A stretch of DNA of 64,000 nt from Mobula hypostoma (lineage: Eukaryota). The stretch's first letter is position 1; every line of letters begins with the position of its first letter. The stretch covers positions 62,064,001 to 62,128,000 of the forward strand of contig NC_086097.1 of the NCBI RefSeq assembly GCF_963921235.1. Reading direction: 5' to 3'. A model generated the notes under the pieces. That model did not search any database and was not told the DNA's origin. It worked only from the letters and a program-made list of their open reading frames with translations. Below, piece after piece: positions 63,542 through 64,000 of the stretch. The position numbers and the translations under genes are program-made.

Positions 63542-64000
63542 TAAATAAACTCTTCTCAGGCTTCCAGTCGAGTACAGGTATCGATTTTAACTGACGTTTC
63601 GATGACAAACTCTGCCACTTTCATCGGGGATGACGCCTAGGCACATCTGGTCCATTGGTATATATAAACCCCGCCATCTGTCTCTCCTCATCGGTTTGTC
63701 CTCATCCAATCAGGATTCCGCTGTCCCATATTGTTTACAATCAAATTCCAGTTCTTACTTAGAGCAAAATCTTCGTCTTTGGTAAAATCTTTTTCCTCTA
63801 GTTTTATTTCAATGGCTTCCTTCACCAGGCAATCACAAAAGCCATTGGTGTGGCACAGTAGTTTTGTACCATTGATGGCAATCCTATGGCCATTGCGAAT
63901 GCAATGCCCTGCTACCATCGATTTGGGTAACCCAAACCGATACACCTCTCGTTTTCATTGATGCAGGTTTCCACCGTGCATCCATCTGGCCAATATACAG
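63542..64000 (-). mobile_element. Penelope-like element 3' end (GIY-YIG endonuclease plus pLTR), runs off the window
   Basis: YIGQ at about 63998-63987; KSMVAGHC...GH.I...TK.L...KEAIEI.L...F.KD...LSKNW; degenerate hammerhead at 63627-63593. Confidence 0.8.

Overview
Eukaryotic, repeat-dense vertebrate genomic DNA with no host protein-coding gene that I can support; it is probably a large intron or intergenic region. The repeat repertoire resembles cartilaginous fish, probably a ray (inference from recognition, no search run). It contains many CR1 LINEs: a young 699-aa RT ORF nested in an older near-full-length copy, and a 5' half with an intact esterase ORF1. It also contains RTE and Rex1/Babar LINEs, two degenerate Ty3/Gypsy LTR elements (one with a chromodomain), a solo LTR, a PIF/Harbinger-like TIR element, a Tc1-like remnant, a tRNA-derived SINE, RTE-derived short elements, and two Penelope-like (PLE) lineages. 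The main signal is a dispersed family of short fold-back PLE-derived insertions carrying a minimal hammerhead-ribozyme motif (best copy 56499-56534, both strands, 14-bp TSD). Second is a CR1/Rex1 LINE chimera joined at the homologous RT 'PQG' motif (about 54893). There are also multi-layer nested insertions. Boundaries of degenerate repeats are approximate.
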